From Tricharina praecox (Eukaryota), in NCBI RefSeq assembly GCF_024521635.1, contig NW_026250403.1:3100001-3164000 (forward strand): a DNA stretch of 64,000 nt, in the 5' to 3' direction. Below are positions 12,416 to 25,309 of the stretch, in pieces. The notes under the pieces are model-generated. The model worked only from the letters and a program-made list of their open reading frames with translations. It had not been told where the DNA came from and made no database searches. The stretch's first letter is position 1. Each line of letters opens with the position of its first letter. The position numbers were made by a program, and so were the translations under genes.

Positions 12416-14178
12416 CAACCGCGTCTTCGCTGGCTTGAGCCTCTGCGAGGCAAACTGAGAGCAGCAACAAGAGTCAGCGGCCGCGATTCAGAGAGGGTAA
12501 ACCGAGTGTGAATGGCTAGGTAGAGGTGAGTAGCGGGCGTATAGGAGGAATCGAGTGAGGGGATGGAGTGGAGGTCAAGGAGGTAGTGGGCTTGGATGCT
12601 TGGTGTTGGGTACCACAAGATTTGAAGTGTCTCGGCTCAAGTCAAAGAGTGATTGTCGCGATGGCGGGCAAAAATGAAGCGAACGGCAGGCAACAAAACG
12701 AAGCGAACGAGTGTTGCAGCGAACGGGGGAGGGGGGGATGGAAATGGAAATGGAAATGGGAAGAAGGAGTGAGTTGGGAGGGGTTTGAGGTTAGGATCGT
12801 GTTGGGGTTGTGTTCGTATGTGCTTCCTAGGTTGGGAGGGGAGATGCTCCAAGCGCAGCGGCAGTAGCAGCACCAATAAAAATGCGATGGGAGGTTCCTG
12901 TCGCTGGGGGAGGGGAGAGGTATGGATGGTATGTGTGCTCAGGGAGTGGATGATGTCGCGCGGCAACGAAGAGAGCGAGTGGATGGGGAGGTGAGATGGG
13001 GGGATGATGGGTGGGTGCAGCTCCAGACTGGTAGCGCGGCGAAGGGACGGGGGGAGGGGGGGACGAGGATGAGGCGGAGAGGGAGGAGGACGAGACCACC
13101 ATACTCTACGTGTAGAGCAGGGGACGAAAGGCGGTCGGGTGTCATGCATGGTTCGGGCAAATGCCGACAGTCAGGCAAGACGGGCGGGCGGACAACACCA
13201 GAAACGACCGACACAAAAACGACCGACCGAAGAAGGAGGAGGAGAAGGCAAAGAAGGCAGGGCCCAGCCAGATGGCATTCTTCTTTTTTTTATTGTTCTG
13301 GCCCCTCCTCCCCACGGAAATGACGGGATGGGAAAAGAAATATGCAGCGATAGGAATCGGACGAGCGAGAAGGAGAAGGAGCAGCAGAAGGAGCACGAGC
13401 AGAAGAAGGAGAAGAAGAGCCTGTGCTGCAAGAGGGAAAGCAAAGCACGCAAGCAGACCCTTCAGATACGCATGGCGAAAAGCAAAGCAGAGCAGCAAGA
13501 CGGCATGATGATGATGCTGATGACGATTCTGTGCTATGCCGGGTGGGGGGTTTCAGTCCGCCGCCGCCCGTCAACCAGCCCGCTTCTCGCACACGTGTGG
13601 GGTAGCAGTGCGGTAGTTGGACCCTTCCCCTCCACCCCCTCCACCGTCATTTCCTTCCCCTCTCCGGAAAGAAAGAAAAAACCGAAAGCAACCGTCCGTA
13701 ACGGAACTTACCATAGCAGCATCGGAATACATGACGCCCACACCAACTAACAGATTTCTCTATCCGTGGTGGTGGTTGTAGTTTTTGTAGTAGTTGTTGT
13801 AGCTGTTGTAGCTGTTGTTGCTACGGTGGTGGTGATTGTTGGTTTGGTTGGTTGGTTGTGTTGTGGGTGTTGTGAGGCTCTGTAAACGAACGACGATAAA
13901 CGATGAGCGACGAACGACAACGATGGCGGGCGAGGATTGAGCACGAGCCCCCCGGGTTCCGAAAGTGGTCGTCTCTTCTTGCCCTCTTGCCGCTCTAGCG
14001 GGTTCGATTTTAAGGTTGGGCGAGAGCGAAAGCGGGGTTGCGCTGGTTGTTGAATCGACGACAGTCGCCGGTCGAGGCGCCGGCGAAACAACGGCGAAAA
14101 CGGCGGGCAGGCGGCGCGAGCGGCGGCGAAGGCGAAGGCGGCGACGACGGCGGTGAAGGCGGTGATGCGAACTCGCTC

Positions 14179-14226
14179 CGTATATATAAGCCGAAGGCGA
14201 TGAGAACTCGTGCTGTATATATAAAT
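14179..14226. promoter_or_regulatory. Two TATATA boxes, candidate CDC24 core promoter
   Basis: GTATATATAAG (~14180) and GTATATATAAAT (~14215) sit in GC-rich DNA ~450 bp upstream of the candidate first CDC24 exon at 13732. Confidence 0.35.
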
Positions 14227-17200
14227 CGACGGCGATGTGGTGACTTGTTTCCCGGCGAGCTTCGAAATCTAGCTAGCAGAGAAGAGATGCGCAGGCGGGT
14301 GTGGGGGAATGGGGGAAAGTGTGGGGCAGAGGATATGGATGGGTAGCAGTGTCTGAAGAATTCCCGCCACCTTCCGACCGATAGCTCTTCTGCTCTGTAG
14401 AAGTAAGAAGGGGGTTGTTTGTTGGAACCAACCAAAACCGAGGAAGGGAAGGGGGACGATCAGAGCTCATCGCCTGCCTGTGGGAATAATTAATTATATG
14501 TACGCACCCTGCCCCGTCCTCCCTCCATCCCCCTCCACGAACCTCATATGTAACTTGTAAGGAAGTATCTACTCTAAACCATCCCCCCCTCCAACCGCTC
14601 TGGCTGTCTGCTTCCTGCCTACATGGCCATCGCGGAACCCACCCCAAGGCGCCACAGAAACACCTTCTACCGACATGCAGCAGAAGCAAGTAAGCAGAAT
14701 CACCAGGCAGCTTCGCCGGCGGGCACTCTACGCAGCCAGGTTTCCCACACAACGGAGCACTTGCGATGCACCTTGATTGCTCTCTCCGAGAGATCTTGCC
14801 TGGGCGTCTCGTAATTTCTTCTTCTTCCTCTTCGCGCTAGGCCAGTGTCTGGCCATGACGACGTTGAGCTACGGCATGCAACTCAGTACTCTTACTCTAC
14901 TGGCACTCATGACGAGTATGTACTCTCGTGTAGCATTCTCAGCTCACTTCAGCTGGCATCTCGTCCAGTAGCACCTCGCAGTACCTACCTGGTACATATA
15001 GTCTTGTCTCGCAACAGCAACAGCATTAGTTAGCTGCCTCCCCAGAACAAGAGATACTTCTTCTTCATCATCTTCTTCTGCTTCCTCCTCATGCACGTCT
15101 CCTCTCCTCTCGCCTCGCCCCCCCCCCCCCCCCCCCCCGTCTCGTCCTCCCCCTTCTCCCGTTGCACGCGGCGGTTGGGTAACTGCCTGTCATTCCAACC
15201 CCACTAGTCGGTTGGTGTTCTGTTTGACCAGCTGCACAGTCCGGCCCTGGCCCTCGTCCTTGCAGCGCAGAGAAGAGAGGGAAAAGTACCGAATCTGCAG
15301 GGGAGCATCCGTCCACTGCGAAACTAAGGCAAGCCCGATAAGTCTCCTTCTCGTTGGGACGAGAGGGAGAGGAGCAGTGGGAATGGAAGGAGAAGGGGAA
15401 GGAGAAGGAAGGAGTGGAGAAGGAGAAGGAGAAGAAGGAGAAGGAGGAGAAGATGGAGAAAGAGCTCAAGTTGTCCCTTGCAAACTCAATCCGCCAGTGA
15501 TGTTCGGACGAGGTGTCTGTACTCCATTTACCTCTTTGGCCGGATGGGGGATGCATATGGGGATGGATGGATGTATGATGGAGATGGCGTGCTGCGCCGT
15601 GAGTGATTTAACTATCACCTCTTCACTTCACACACGTCCCACACACACGCACCACCTCTGGACACAAGGCCATGTATGAATGTACACTACATAGCTCCAC
15701 ATGCTGGTAGTCCCTACTTCTCTCGCCGCGTTGACGGCCCGCCTGAGTACAGACACCGGCGAACGAGAAGTATGATGCCGTTGGCTGTGCCGCTGCTGCT
15801 GCTGCTGTGCTTCCCCTTCCTTCCTTCCAGCTACCATGTGCAGACGGCAAAGGCGAACGAACATGTCACATTGGTGCAGTGCCAGCTTCCACAGCGATGC
15901 AACCAGACGATCTTGGGTCCGCCGGTATTATCGAGAGTGGTGGGTGGTGGTGGGTGGAGGGTGGTCACTGGTGGGTGGGCGCGCCAACCCCATTCCAGAA
16001 ATAACCGTCAGTTAGTCAGGATGCGGGGAAGGAAGGGAAGGGCCCACCTCCACCGTCCACCTACGGTACATAGCAACTTGTCACCATCCATCACCCCTTC
16101 CACACCCTCAACTCATCAACCCTCGCATGAAGTAGAGTGCTCACAATTTGGCATCTTCGGCTGGAACCGCGACATGTGTGGTGTGTGTGTGGTGTGTGCG
16201 GTGAGTGTGGTATGGTCACTGGTCAGGAGGAATGGTCGGGATTCTGTCGGCTTGCACTGGATCTCGATCGCAACACAAAGCGAAGGCTGCGGCGACGGAG
16301 CAGGCAGGCAGGGGGAGGGGGGGAGGGGGGGGAGGGGAGGGGAAGAAGGCCGAGCTCGTGAGTCGCCATAACGGAGAGTAACTACCAAGCCTGTCTCTCT
16401 CCCCGCTCCCATCCACCCACCAGCATCTTCGTCCATCCCATCCCATCCCATCCCTTCCACCGTAGAGTAGCCGGCCAGGATGTCCCATATTCTTCAGACC
16501 TTCTGTTCGTCCTCTGATTCGCCAGAAATTATCGCCAACCGTTAACCCGCGCCTAAGACATCCACACGACCCAACCCACCTGCTAGTATGTAGCAGCATC
16601 CGGTATCCTCAAGTTCGAGTTCAAAGCGCTGCGCCACCACCACCACCACCACCACCAAGTTCCAATCACCCCAGACACCCTCCGGCAAATCCCGTCTACA
16701 TATCCCTCTCTTCCCTCTTCTCGCTCCGCTAACATAAAAATTCCTGACAGTTCGGTTGCGATGCGATACGTGATGCGAAACGGCTCCTGCAACGACTTTT
16801 GTTCGAGGCGCCCACCACCCCCACACACACACACACGCACACACACATACGTGCATCACATGCTTGCGCGACTGCCAATGGTTATGTAACTACGGTACGG
16901 CACTCTCACTCGGAATTTTGCTTGGCTAAGGATTCTACCGACGAATTGATGCGCCGGTTGGGGATACCGACGGCCGTGCTTACCGTGTCTATGGTGTACA
17001 TATACTGGGCTTACCGTGCCTGCCGGAGGACCGCAGTCGGCCGCCTGTACGCCGGTACGCCGGTACTCTACCAACACTGCATCTACTTCCCTACGGCAAG
17101 AACGCGTCAATGGAGATGTATATTCAACGTGCTGCACGTGCATACTATACGTACCATATTGAGCCGTGTACTAATGTCGTTAGCCTTATGTAGGGCTTGA

Positions 17201-18511
17201 ATAGGCAAACAGTCCTCGTATAAGCCAGCTATAAGCGCGTTGAGCTCGTGAGGCCTCAGTAAGGGCTGTGTTAAACTAAGGCTGATGTTCTCATTTCTCT
17301 AAAATTGTCGTAACTCCTACATAATGCCTATGCAGCGAAAACCACCATCGCATAAATCGGCCTTCTCACTTTGTAAGCCTCATAGCTTTAGTCAGTCCTA
17401 TATCGTCATTGTTGAAATGCACAGCACTGCCGTACAATAATGACTGTGAACCTGGCAGGTTTTGTGAAGCATTATGGGATATATCAGTTCGAGACAGAAA
17501 ATCCTTAGAGCACCACACTCTCAATCTCTTCACATGCATCATACAAGCCTTCAATGAGCCTTATTCAGACCTATGGGTTCTATCACTCTTATGAGTTGGT
17601 AGAGCATATGCGAAAATCAACCAGCTTGACATCAGCGGCGGCGGGTCGAGAGGAGGGAGCGGAGATAGGGGGTTTACCGTCTATGTACTCTGTAGATGAT
17701 GATGATGAGAGAGAGAGAGGCAGCTCCGACAGTATCAACCCCGCCAGATATGTGCTAACATATTGTTAGGCGCAGAGTTTTCTGAAGACAGACATGATGA
17801 AGCTTATTTTGCAGTTTTAAACTCGCGAACTCACGGCCCGTCCTCTTCATCTTTCTAACAACTCCTCCTCATCTTTCTAATAGTTCCTTCTCTCGCCACA
17901 GCTCCCCATCACTTTCCTCTCTCGCTGACATGTCCTCCTAGGTCCTCCATCACTTCATCGCCTCGCTGACAGCTCATCCTCTCGCTAACAGCTCCCCCAT
18001 CACTAGGCCTGGGAATCGTCCATCCGGTCCCAGATAGGTCCTCCATCACTTCCTCCACTTACTCCCTCGATGCCCGCAAGTTTTCCACAACGAGGAGCAG
18101 TAGGGGGACACAGTACTATGGCGAGCGGGAGTCGGTATGGGAATGGTGGCGAGGGACTGGGAAGCGGGGAAGGAGAGTAGTTTAAACTTTAGGTATATAA
18201 GGTTACGGAAGAAGAGCATCAACAAGTGATAAGCATTGTATGAGATAAGGCTTGTCGCATAAGAAGTCATTATGTGCTGCTTAGGATTCAGGAATCTTTA
18301 TGAGCATATAAGCCTTACTAATCCTTATTTTTCAAGATTCCCTACAGAGCCCATATAGAACTCTTATGAACTTCCAAGACGGGCAGGCCCGTAGTGGTTG
18401 CAGAAGGCTTACGGGTCGGGAGTGATTTTCACTGCACTCAGGATTGAAGAAGCCATATTCAACAATCAGAGCTGGAATTTGAAAACCCTGACTAAGCCTT
18501 ATTTTACGACA

Positions 18512-18561
18512 AGAGTTTTGGGGGAAAAATACTAATATTAGTATTTTTCCCCCAAAACTCT
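18512..18561. repeat. Perfect 50-bp palindrome
   Basis: AGAGTTTTGGGGGAAAAATACTAAT|ATTAGTATTTTTCCCCCAAAACTCT: 25-bp arms, no spacer. Confidence 0.97.
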
Positions 18562-18877
18562 AGTGTCAAAATCGCCCTCATATGTGGCTGCCATAATGCT
18601 TTTGACTTTAGTACACGGCTCAATATGGTACATACAGAGGTAGATATACCTACCTACTCAGCACGCACCCGCCACCGCCTCAACCTAGGTACTAGGTACT
18701 TTGATATACCCTACCTAACACATGATAGCATCTATTTCGAAAGCTGCGCATGGCCGTAGGCCCGTCACCGTCACGGGGGAAAACATACGTTATGTTACTT
18801 GCAGCCACCGGGTAGGAGTACCTAGTACTTACGTTGCACCAAAATGCCTTGTATGTATGTATATCTGGGCCCTGGAG

Positions 18878-19105
18878 ACTGGGACACGGGCGTCGGGCGT
18901 CGGGATTTGCGGCGCTGGTTGTGAATACGATGGCACAAAGCATAAGGCACTGAACCGGGCTACTCAAGCCGGTAGAAATACATACATTATACATAGTCTG
19001 GGACACGGCATTGGGGCGCCCGCTGGTCGTGAATACGATGGGCACAAAGCATAAACCACTGAACCAGGCTATTCAAGCCGGTGGAAGTATTGTACATACA
19101 TAGTC
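18878..19105. repeat. Imperfect tandem duplication of a ~115-bp unit (2 copies)
   Basis: Both copies read CTGGGACACGG...GCTGGT(T/C)GTGAATACGATGG..CACAAAGCATAA..CACTGAACC.GGCTA.TCAAGCCGGT...TACATAGTC. Confidence 0.9.
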
Positions 19106-19548
19106 CCCGGATTCGGTCTGGTCTCGGGGGATACGGACGCCTGGTTGCGGTTGCGGTTGGCGCCTTAGGCGTGATGGGATTTGACGCACCCGCACCCGCA
19201 CCCGCACATGGCTCTGTCAGTTGTTTGTCAGCCGTTTGTCAGCCGTGTACGGTACCAGTACTACTCACTCCCACCCGCTCCTCCTCCAGGCTCCTCTTCC
19301 TCCTCCTTCGATTCTCGCTGCTCCATCCTCCACCGTGATCTCCCATGCGCCATAAAGGAGTCACTGGTCAGTCGCCAAGCTGTCCATGTGTATGTAGGCA
19401 TGTATATGTCTGCAGGATGCATGACATTGCAGATGAGATAAGCCGTGCAGACAGGCCACAGGCTGGTCGGTACATATCATACATAAGGAGCCTGTATGAT
19501 GTACATTTGTAGATTCCTTTTTCCAACGGTTTGGCGGAACTTGATGTT

Positions 19549-19597
19549 CACATCCACATCCACATCCACATCCACATCCACATCCACATCTACATCC
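19549..19597. repeat. (CACATC)n microsatellite, ~8 units
   Basis: Read directly from the sequence. Confidence 0.9.
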
Positions 19598-21189
19598 GCA
19601 AGAAGCAGTGGAAAGGTGGAGAGGTGTAGACCTGCAGAGGCGCAGGGTTGCAATAGGCATAGCGTAGGAAGCATGTCTTCCATTCCGATCTCGATGATCG
19701 CCCGCCGCTTCCAGAAGGTCGCTGGTATGTAACAAGTAGGTATGCACTTTCTGAGAGGCCTAGGGGCGGTTTGATTGGAATGAAACATGCTGGTGAGAAA
19801 TGCGGGGTAGACTGATGGCAGATGGCATGTGGCGTGTGGCGTGTAGCATGTGGCGTGTGGCATCTGGCATCTGGCATGTGTGAGTTGCGGGGACCAGGGG
19901 GCGGGGCGGGGGCGGGGAGCGGAATTTCATCCGCGGAGATGGATCAATATCGCCCGCGGCTCTGATAGAAGCTTCGCCGGAAGAGTGACCACTGTGGATT
20001 CTAGAGAGCTCGACCGGTGGCGGCAGGCGTCGGGGGGGATCGGGTGCTGATCATAAAGCATCACTCGACTTGAAGCCGTATGGCCGCTTCCGGGGGGATG
20101 AGAATCGGCGCTGTGAAGGCGAGCAGCGGGAGACGTTACCTATGGCAAGAGTTGTGGCGACACACTCAGCGCGCCCTATAATGCCTCTGCCTCCGCCGGC
20201 GCACTTGGACGAGTACATGCACTCTCCGCCAACCTAGGGTGTAGCCCAGCCCGGCCATTCGGAACTTGTTGCGCAGCGCGCACCGATGTGCGCGGGCTAG
20301 GCCCAGCGGCAGACGAGGCTGGGAAAGTAAGCGAACCATTCAAAGTGTGCGAGCCTGCGGGGAGCCATTGACCCTGCAGCAGTGGCGGAGGCGGGGGAAT
20401 GAGAGCAACGAGATGGCGCACCTCGGGGACGTCTATGACTTTGAGAGTCGGGAGGCGGGAGAGGGAGGTAGAGTATTATTAAAAAGGAAGACAGTGAACG
20501 AGAACGAGAGTGCCTATCCCAAGCGATGTCGAGTGTGTATGTATGTACCAAAAGCAAGCCCAATGGCTTCTTAAATCTGGATCGATTGGCTGCGGAAGCA
20601 TGTCGCCCACCTAGCTCATGAAGCGACTACCGACCGGCGACCGCCTGCGGGCCCACATCGCGTATTCCTGCACATGCATATGGATGCATGGCGTCGATTT
20701 CGACCGCGAGAATTTACTTTTGGCGCGTGGGTATGATCTGCAGCGTTTAACTCCGCGGGTCGGTAGTACTCACAGCCTCATAGAGTTGCAGGCTGGCGCC
20801 ATAAAGGGTTATCCCGGGGCTTTGAGACGCGGGACTCAGGAGAAAGCTAGATGTATTGCAGTTGCAAAGCGGATTCTGACATTCTGGGCGATAACTAAGA
20901 CGCGGTTGTGGCCATGGACTCTCCAACTATGTACCCACGACGTCCTTACCGCGTCCCAAAACAGGAGTGGGTTTCAACTTCTTTCAAACTCATAGGCGAG
21001 AGATGTCCGCATAAGGTGTTATCTGCATTTTGAATGGAGCCCGTCCCCCCCCCTCGCTTCGGCGAGAATGTTTGATTGGGAGGAATGCGGATGGGAATTC
21101 AATGGTAGGTACTTCGTTCCCCTATAAGTACATCGGTACGTCTGTAATTGGGGCCGATCCTTAGATTACCCAGCTCAAAGTCAATCACG

Positions 21190-22804
21190 ATGGTCCTCAC
21201 CGCAGACGAAGACGCCCAGCATCTGATCGCCTTGGGCCGCACGCTCACCGACAACATCTCGACGTACCTCGAGAGTCTCGGCAGCAGCGGTCTTCCCCCG
21301 CCCAGCTTCAGACCGGGGACGGCTACAGCTGTCCCCACAGAGTCGGTGGGGTTCAATGCGCACCGAGCCATCATCGATGCCGCAGAACGCATCATCGCCC
21401 TCACCACCGGACCAGCAGGGTTGTATGACATATCCCGCCAGGTTCGTGCCTTGCCTCTACTCCCCTAGTTAGCGGAAGAAAAAGAAAAAAAGACGGCTGA
21501 TTGGGTGCCGCAGTCCTTCGAGGTGACGGCGATCAACATAGCCGTGGACCTAAACCTACCTTTGGTCCTCCCGCTGGCGCAGCCCATGAGCGCGCAGCAG
21601 CTTGCGGTAATTACTGGAGCCGATGAAACTATTATCGGTACGCTCTCAATTGGATTTTCTGTAGGTGAGGAGTGAAGACTAACGGGAGATAGTACGCATC
21701 ATGCGCGCTCTGACCCCACTATTCATCTTCGAGGAGATCTCCCCGCAGACGTATCGACATACCGCACGATCGGCAAGTATGCGGGACAGCGGCGTCAAGG
21801 CGCTGATGATGTTTGGGTGCGTTCCAAGTTTTGGCCGAAGTATTGATGGTACCTAGCGGAGGGCTAACGTCCGGCGATACAGTGGGACCGAGTGTATGCG
21901 TGCGGCTGCTCACCTCCCAGAGGCCTTGAAGGATGCTGGGTATCAGAATATGACTGAGCCAACCAAGACTGCGTTCGGTCGTGCTTATGGGACCAACTTG
22001 GGGTTCTTCGACTATCTCAATAAGCATCCTGAAATGGGTGTGCGCTTCGGCGATGCCATGGCGGGAACCGTCAAGCTGTCGTACGAAGTCGGGTATGCAT
22101 CACTCGTCTCAACTATTCTCTAGTGTAGATGTCGTTACTGACCTCCATCAGCTGCATCGCAGACATTTTCCCCTTCGAGCGCCTTGCCCAGCACGGCGGT
22201 AAGATCGTGGATGTCGGGGGCGGCAAAGGCCACGTGATGATCTCGATCGGTCGGCGGTATCCGCGGGCAGACCTCCGGTTCATCGTGCAGGACTTTGCCA
22301 GTGCGGTCGATACCGGCCGGGAGGAATGTCCCGCCGACCTCTCCCACAAGTTCGAGTGGGCCGCACTCGACTTTCTGGCGGGAGAGCAGCCGGTCAAGCG
22401 TGCAGCTGCGTACTTCCTACGGCATATCCTCCACGACTGGAGTGATCGCTACTGCGCGAGGATCCTGAAGCCTATCGTGGCGGCAATGGAGCCGAGCGTG
22501 TCGAGGTTGCTGGTGACAGATGTAAGTACACAACCACCGTCATGAGCGGATAACTAGGGCGGATACTTGCTAATTTCGTTCGTGTACCTAGATGATCGTG
22601 CCAGAGATGAACGCACCAAAGACGCTGGCACATCGCGATCTGCTGATGATGGCGCATCTGGCTGGGGCGGAGAGGACCGCGGCGCAGTATGTCCGAATTC
22701 TCAAGGAAGTGGACCCCGCGATCGAGCTGGTGAAGATCTGGGCACTGTCGCCCAGTCTGCCTGGTTGCGGGGCGAGGGTTATGGAGTTTGTACTGTGGTT
22801 GTAG
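21190..22804 (+). CDS. SAM-dependent O-methyltransferase, fungal secondary-metabolite type (~430 aa)
   Basis: Exons 21190-21441, 21514-21637, 21693-21816, 21883-22092, 22152-22521, 22592-22804 sum to 1293 nt in frame. Motifs: 'IVDVGGGKGH', 'FIVQD', 'DFLAGEQPVKRAAAYFLRHILHDWSD', 'DLLMMAHLAGAERT'. Confidence 0.93.
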
Positions 22805-23707
22805 CATGTTCATGAATCGTACGAAGTCCGTCAATGGTGCGTGGACAGTGGAGCACAAGTTCCTGCGAGTTTTGCGTTTTGCGTTTGACGGGTATTAAAT
22901 AAAATACGAGAATAAACACGTCTTTAAGCTGGGTACCGTAAATCTCCTCGCACCTCTTGCTCGCTTTCTTGTTCACTTGCCGGTTTCCTCTGCCGCCGCA
23001 GTAGCAATAGGTTCATCGTGGCGATCTCCTCCACCACCCCTCAACTAGGCACTCCGTCGAGCACCGTAGCCAACCCTTAGCCCGGATGGGCGCTTATAGC
23101 CGCCGGATGGCTTCAGGACGCTCGGCAGGCCGACGCTGGCTGGCGTCACTCTGGCAATAAAATCTATAACTCTCCGCAATCTAATAACATTTACACACAT
23201 TAAATACAGTTTCACGTAGGGTAGTCGAAACGTGTCTACATATGCCAAAACCAAACCACAGTACTGGGCCCTGGCTACCTATCTTTGGCTACCGGAATTT
23301 GGAGGGGAGTAATCGACCATGACTGGCCCATCCCCTAGCCACCCTCCACGAAAGGCGCTTTCACCATCCACTGGCCGCAATATGCTGGGGTTCTTTCGGG
23401 GCTGGATGCTGTCGCGCTGTCGCCACTCGAGATCACTCGTCCGCACCACGGAATCGCACTCGGTCTTGGGATGGTCCAAACTGTTGTAATATCGAGTCAT
23501 TCATTGCATAGTCGTTGCGCAGGTGGTTACTTGGTCATGACGACGGCGGCGGGCACTGGCCACCTACCAGCCTCCTTGTATGTTCTCTTGAGGCCTCCAG
23601 ATTCTTTCCATTCATTCATGCTTTCCAACCCGTTATGAGCCCGGCCCAGCGCTATCAAAACAATACCTTCCAATACAATCACCCACCGCTCCCCGCATTA
23701 CCCATCA

Positions 23708-23853
23708 TGTCCAACCCTGTCAACCCTGAGATGTACAATTCCAAGCACGGCTCCATCGAGAAACTTTCTTCGAGCAACTACGATACCGATACTTGGAAGC
23801 CCCGCACATCCGCAACGCCCAACCGAATTCCATCACATCAGGTTTGGGGGTAG
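23708..23853 (+). pseudogene. Truncated Ty1/Copia gag N-terminal relic
   Basis: 'MSNPVNPEMYNSKHGSIEKLSSSNYDTDTWK..SHQVWG*' resembles the Copia gag start motif (EKLxxxNY.W...W) also seen at 37756 ('FEKLNGVNYVTW..QGLWRIV'). It stops after ~48 codons. Confidence 0.5.
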
Positions 23854-24870
23854 TTGAAGACTGTGCGCCATCATGTTAACACTGTACTGTACTGCTGTCT
23901 TGAGCACCGGTGACTGGTGGGTGGAACACTGTACTGAAACTTGGTTCTATGGTGATGGGTTGGGCGACACGGCGTCGGCGGCGGGGCAAGGGGCGGGGCA
24001 AGGTCGAGTCAAACAAGAAATGATTTTGGAACTATCCACAGCTCTAACTGAAAACTGTGGTAGCAAGAGCTTGGCGATTTCCGTAGCTTTCACGTTTCGC
24101 GACGCGACATTTGCAGCGGAAGTTCCAGCAGGCAGGGCGTTTTCGGTTTCTTCGCCGGTAACAATCTTAAGTGGGCCACACGTCATCCCCCACGGGCCAC
24201 GGCAAGTCCAGTTCATTGGAGTCCTACACCTAAGCCTGAGCCAGTGCTACTGTCCGGATACGAAGGGACAAAAAAAAGGCGGGTTTACCTTTACGATGAC
24301 GATCAGAAGGCAGTACTTGTACAGACTACAGTTATGCTGCTCCCACATTCAACGGGGTATGAAGGCTCGCAGACAAGAGATCGAAGCACTTAGCAGACAA
24401 GGCGAAGAGTGGTGTACCTAGCCCGTCACCACGGTGAATATGAGCAGGCGATGGACAAGTGGCTACAGCCTGCAGTTGGTTGATGCTGCTATGGAAGTTG
24501 ATAGGTTGGAGCGGTCCGCCAGCGGCCAAACAAGATGAAGTACCTACAATCTAAGATCCGTTACTACCTACAATGCTAACCTGCCACTACATAACTATAG
24601 ATACACCACAAAAATGCGGCGTCTGAAAAAGTACGCGAAACAATGAAGGGCCGGGTACTTTCTAATGAGAGCATCTCGGCATATCTCTCCCACTCGAAGG
24701 CTGAACGACATACGAGTTCAGCGAGCTAGCCGGAACAGAAGGAGCTATAGGTATCTGACGAAAAGTTCCTGTACCACATCTACCTCACGACTCCTGGGCG
24801 GTATCAACCCATCCATGCTTGACACGATGCAGAGGTATACATCCGGAGTCCGCACTACAGGTAGAGACTG

Positions 24871-24916
24871 TGGTGGTGGTGGTGGTGGTGGTGGTGGTGG
24901 TGGTGGTGGTGGTGGT
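24871..24916. repeat. (TGG)15 microsatellite
   Basis: Read directly from the sequence, ~400 bp downstream of the alcohol oxidase stop. Confidence 0.95.
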
Positions 24917-25309
24917 ATTGCGGAGTTTTAGTTGCTGGCTTAGAACCGGTGATCTGGAATTGGCCTGTCTCAATGACTTCACATAGCACTCGATAGTCAA
25001 TCGTACCCGCGAGTGTAGCCAATGCATGAAGAATAAACAGTCATATTTGCTATCATAAACAAAGGCATATTCTGAAGTAAAAGGAAGAAAAAGCTATGAA
25101 CAATCGAATCGAAAGGCTAACAAAACCAGCAAAAGACAGTCGTAAAAATATCGTAACCCACATGAACCATGAATGAAACCCTTAAATCCCAACAAACCCC
25201 TCTTCCCGAGGAGTACTGCATACGCGGAAACAACAAAAAACTATTGACCCAGAAAGAAAAGAAAAGACGCGAAGATGATGATGGCTTGGTGGCGGTGGTG
25301 GTGGAAAGC

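Noticed and set aside
12600-16900. Many overlapping 100-230 aa ORFs upstream of CDC24
   Set aside because: They are low-complexity products of purine tracts and microsatellites with no domain motifs.
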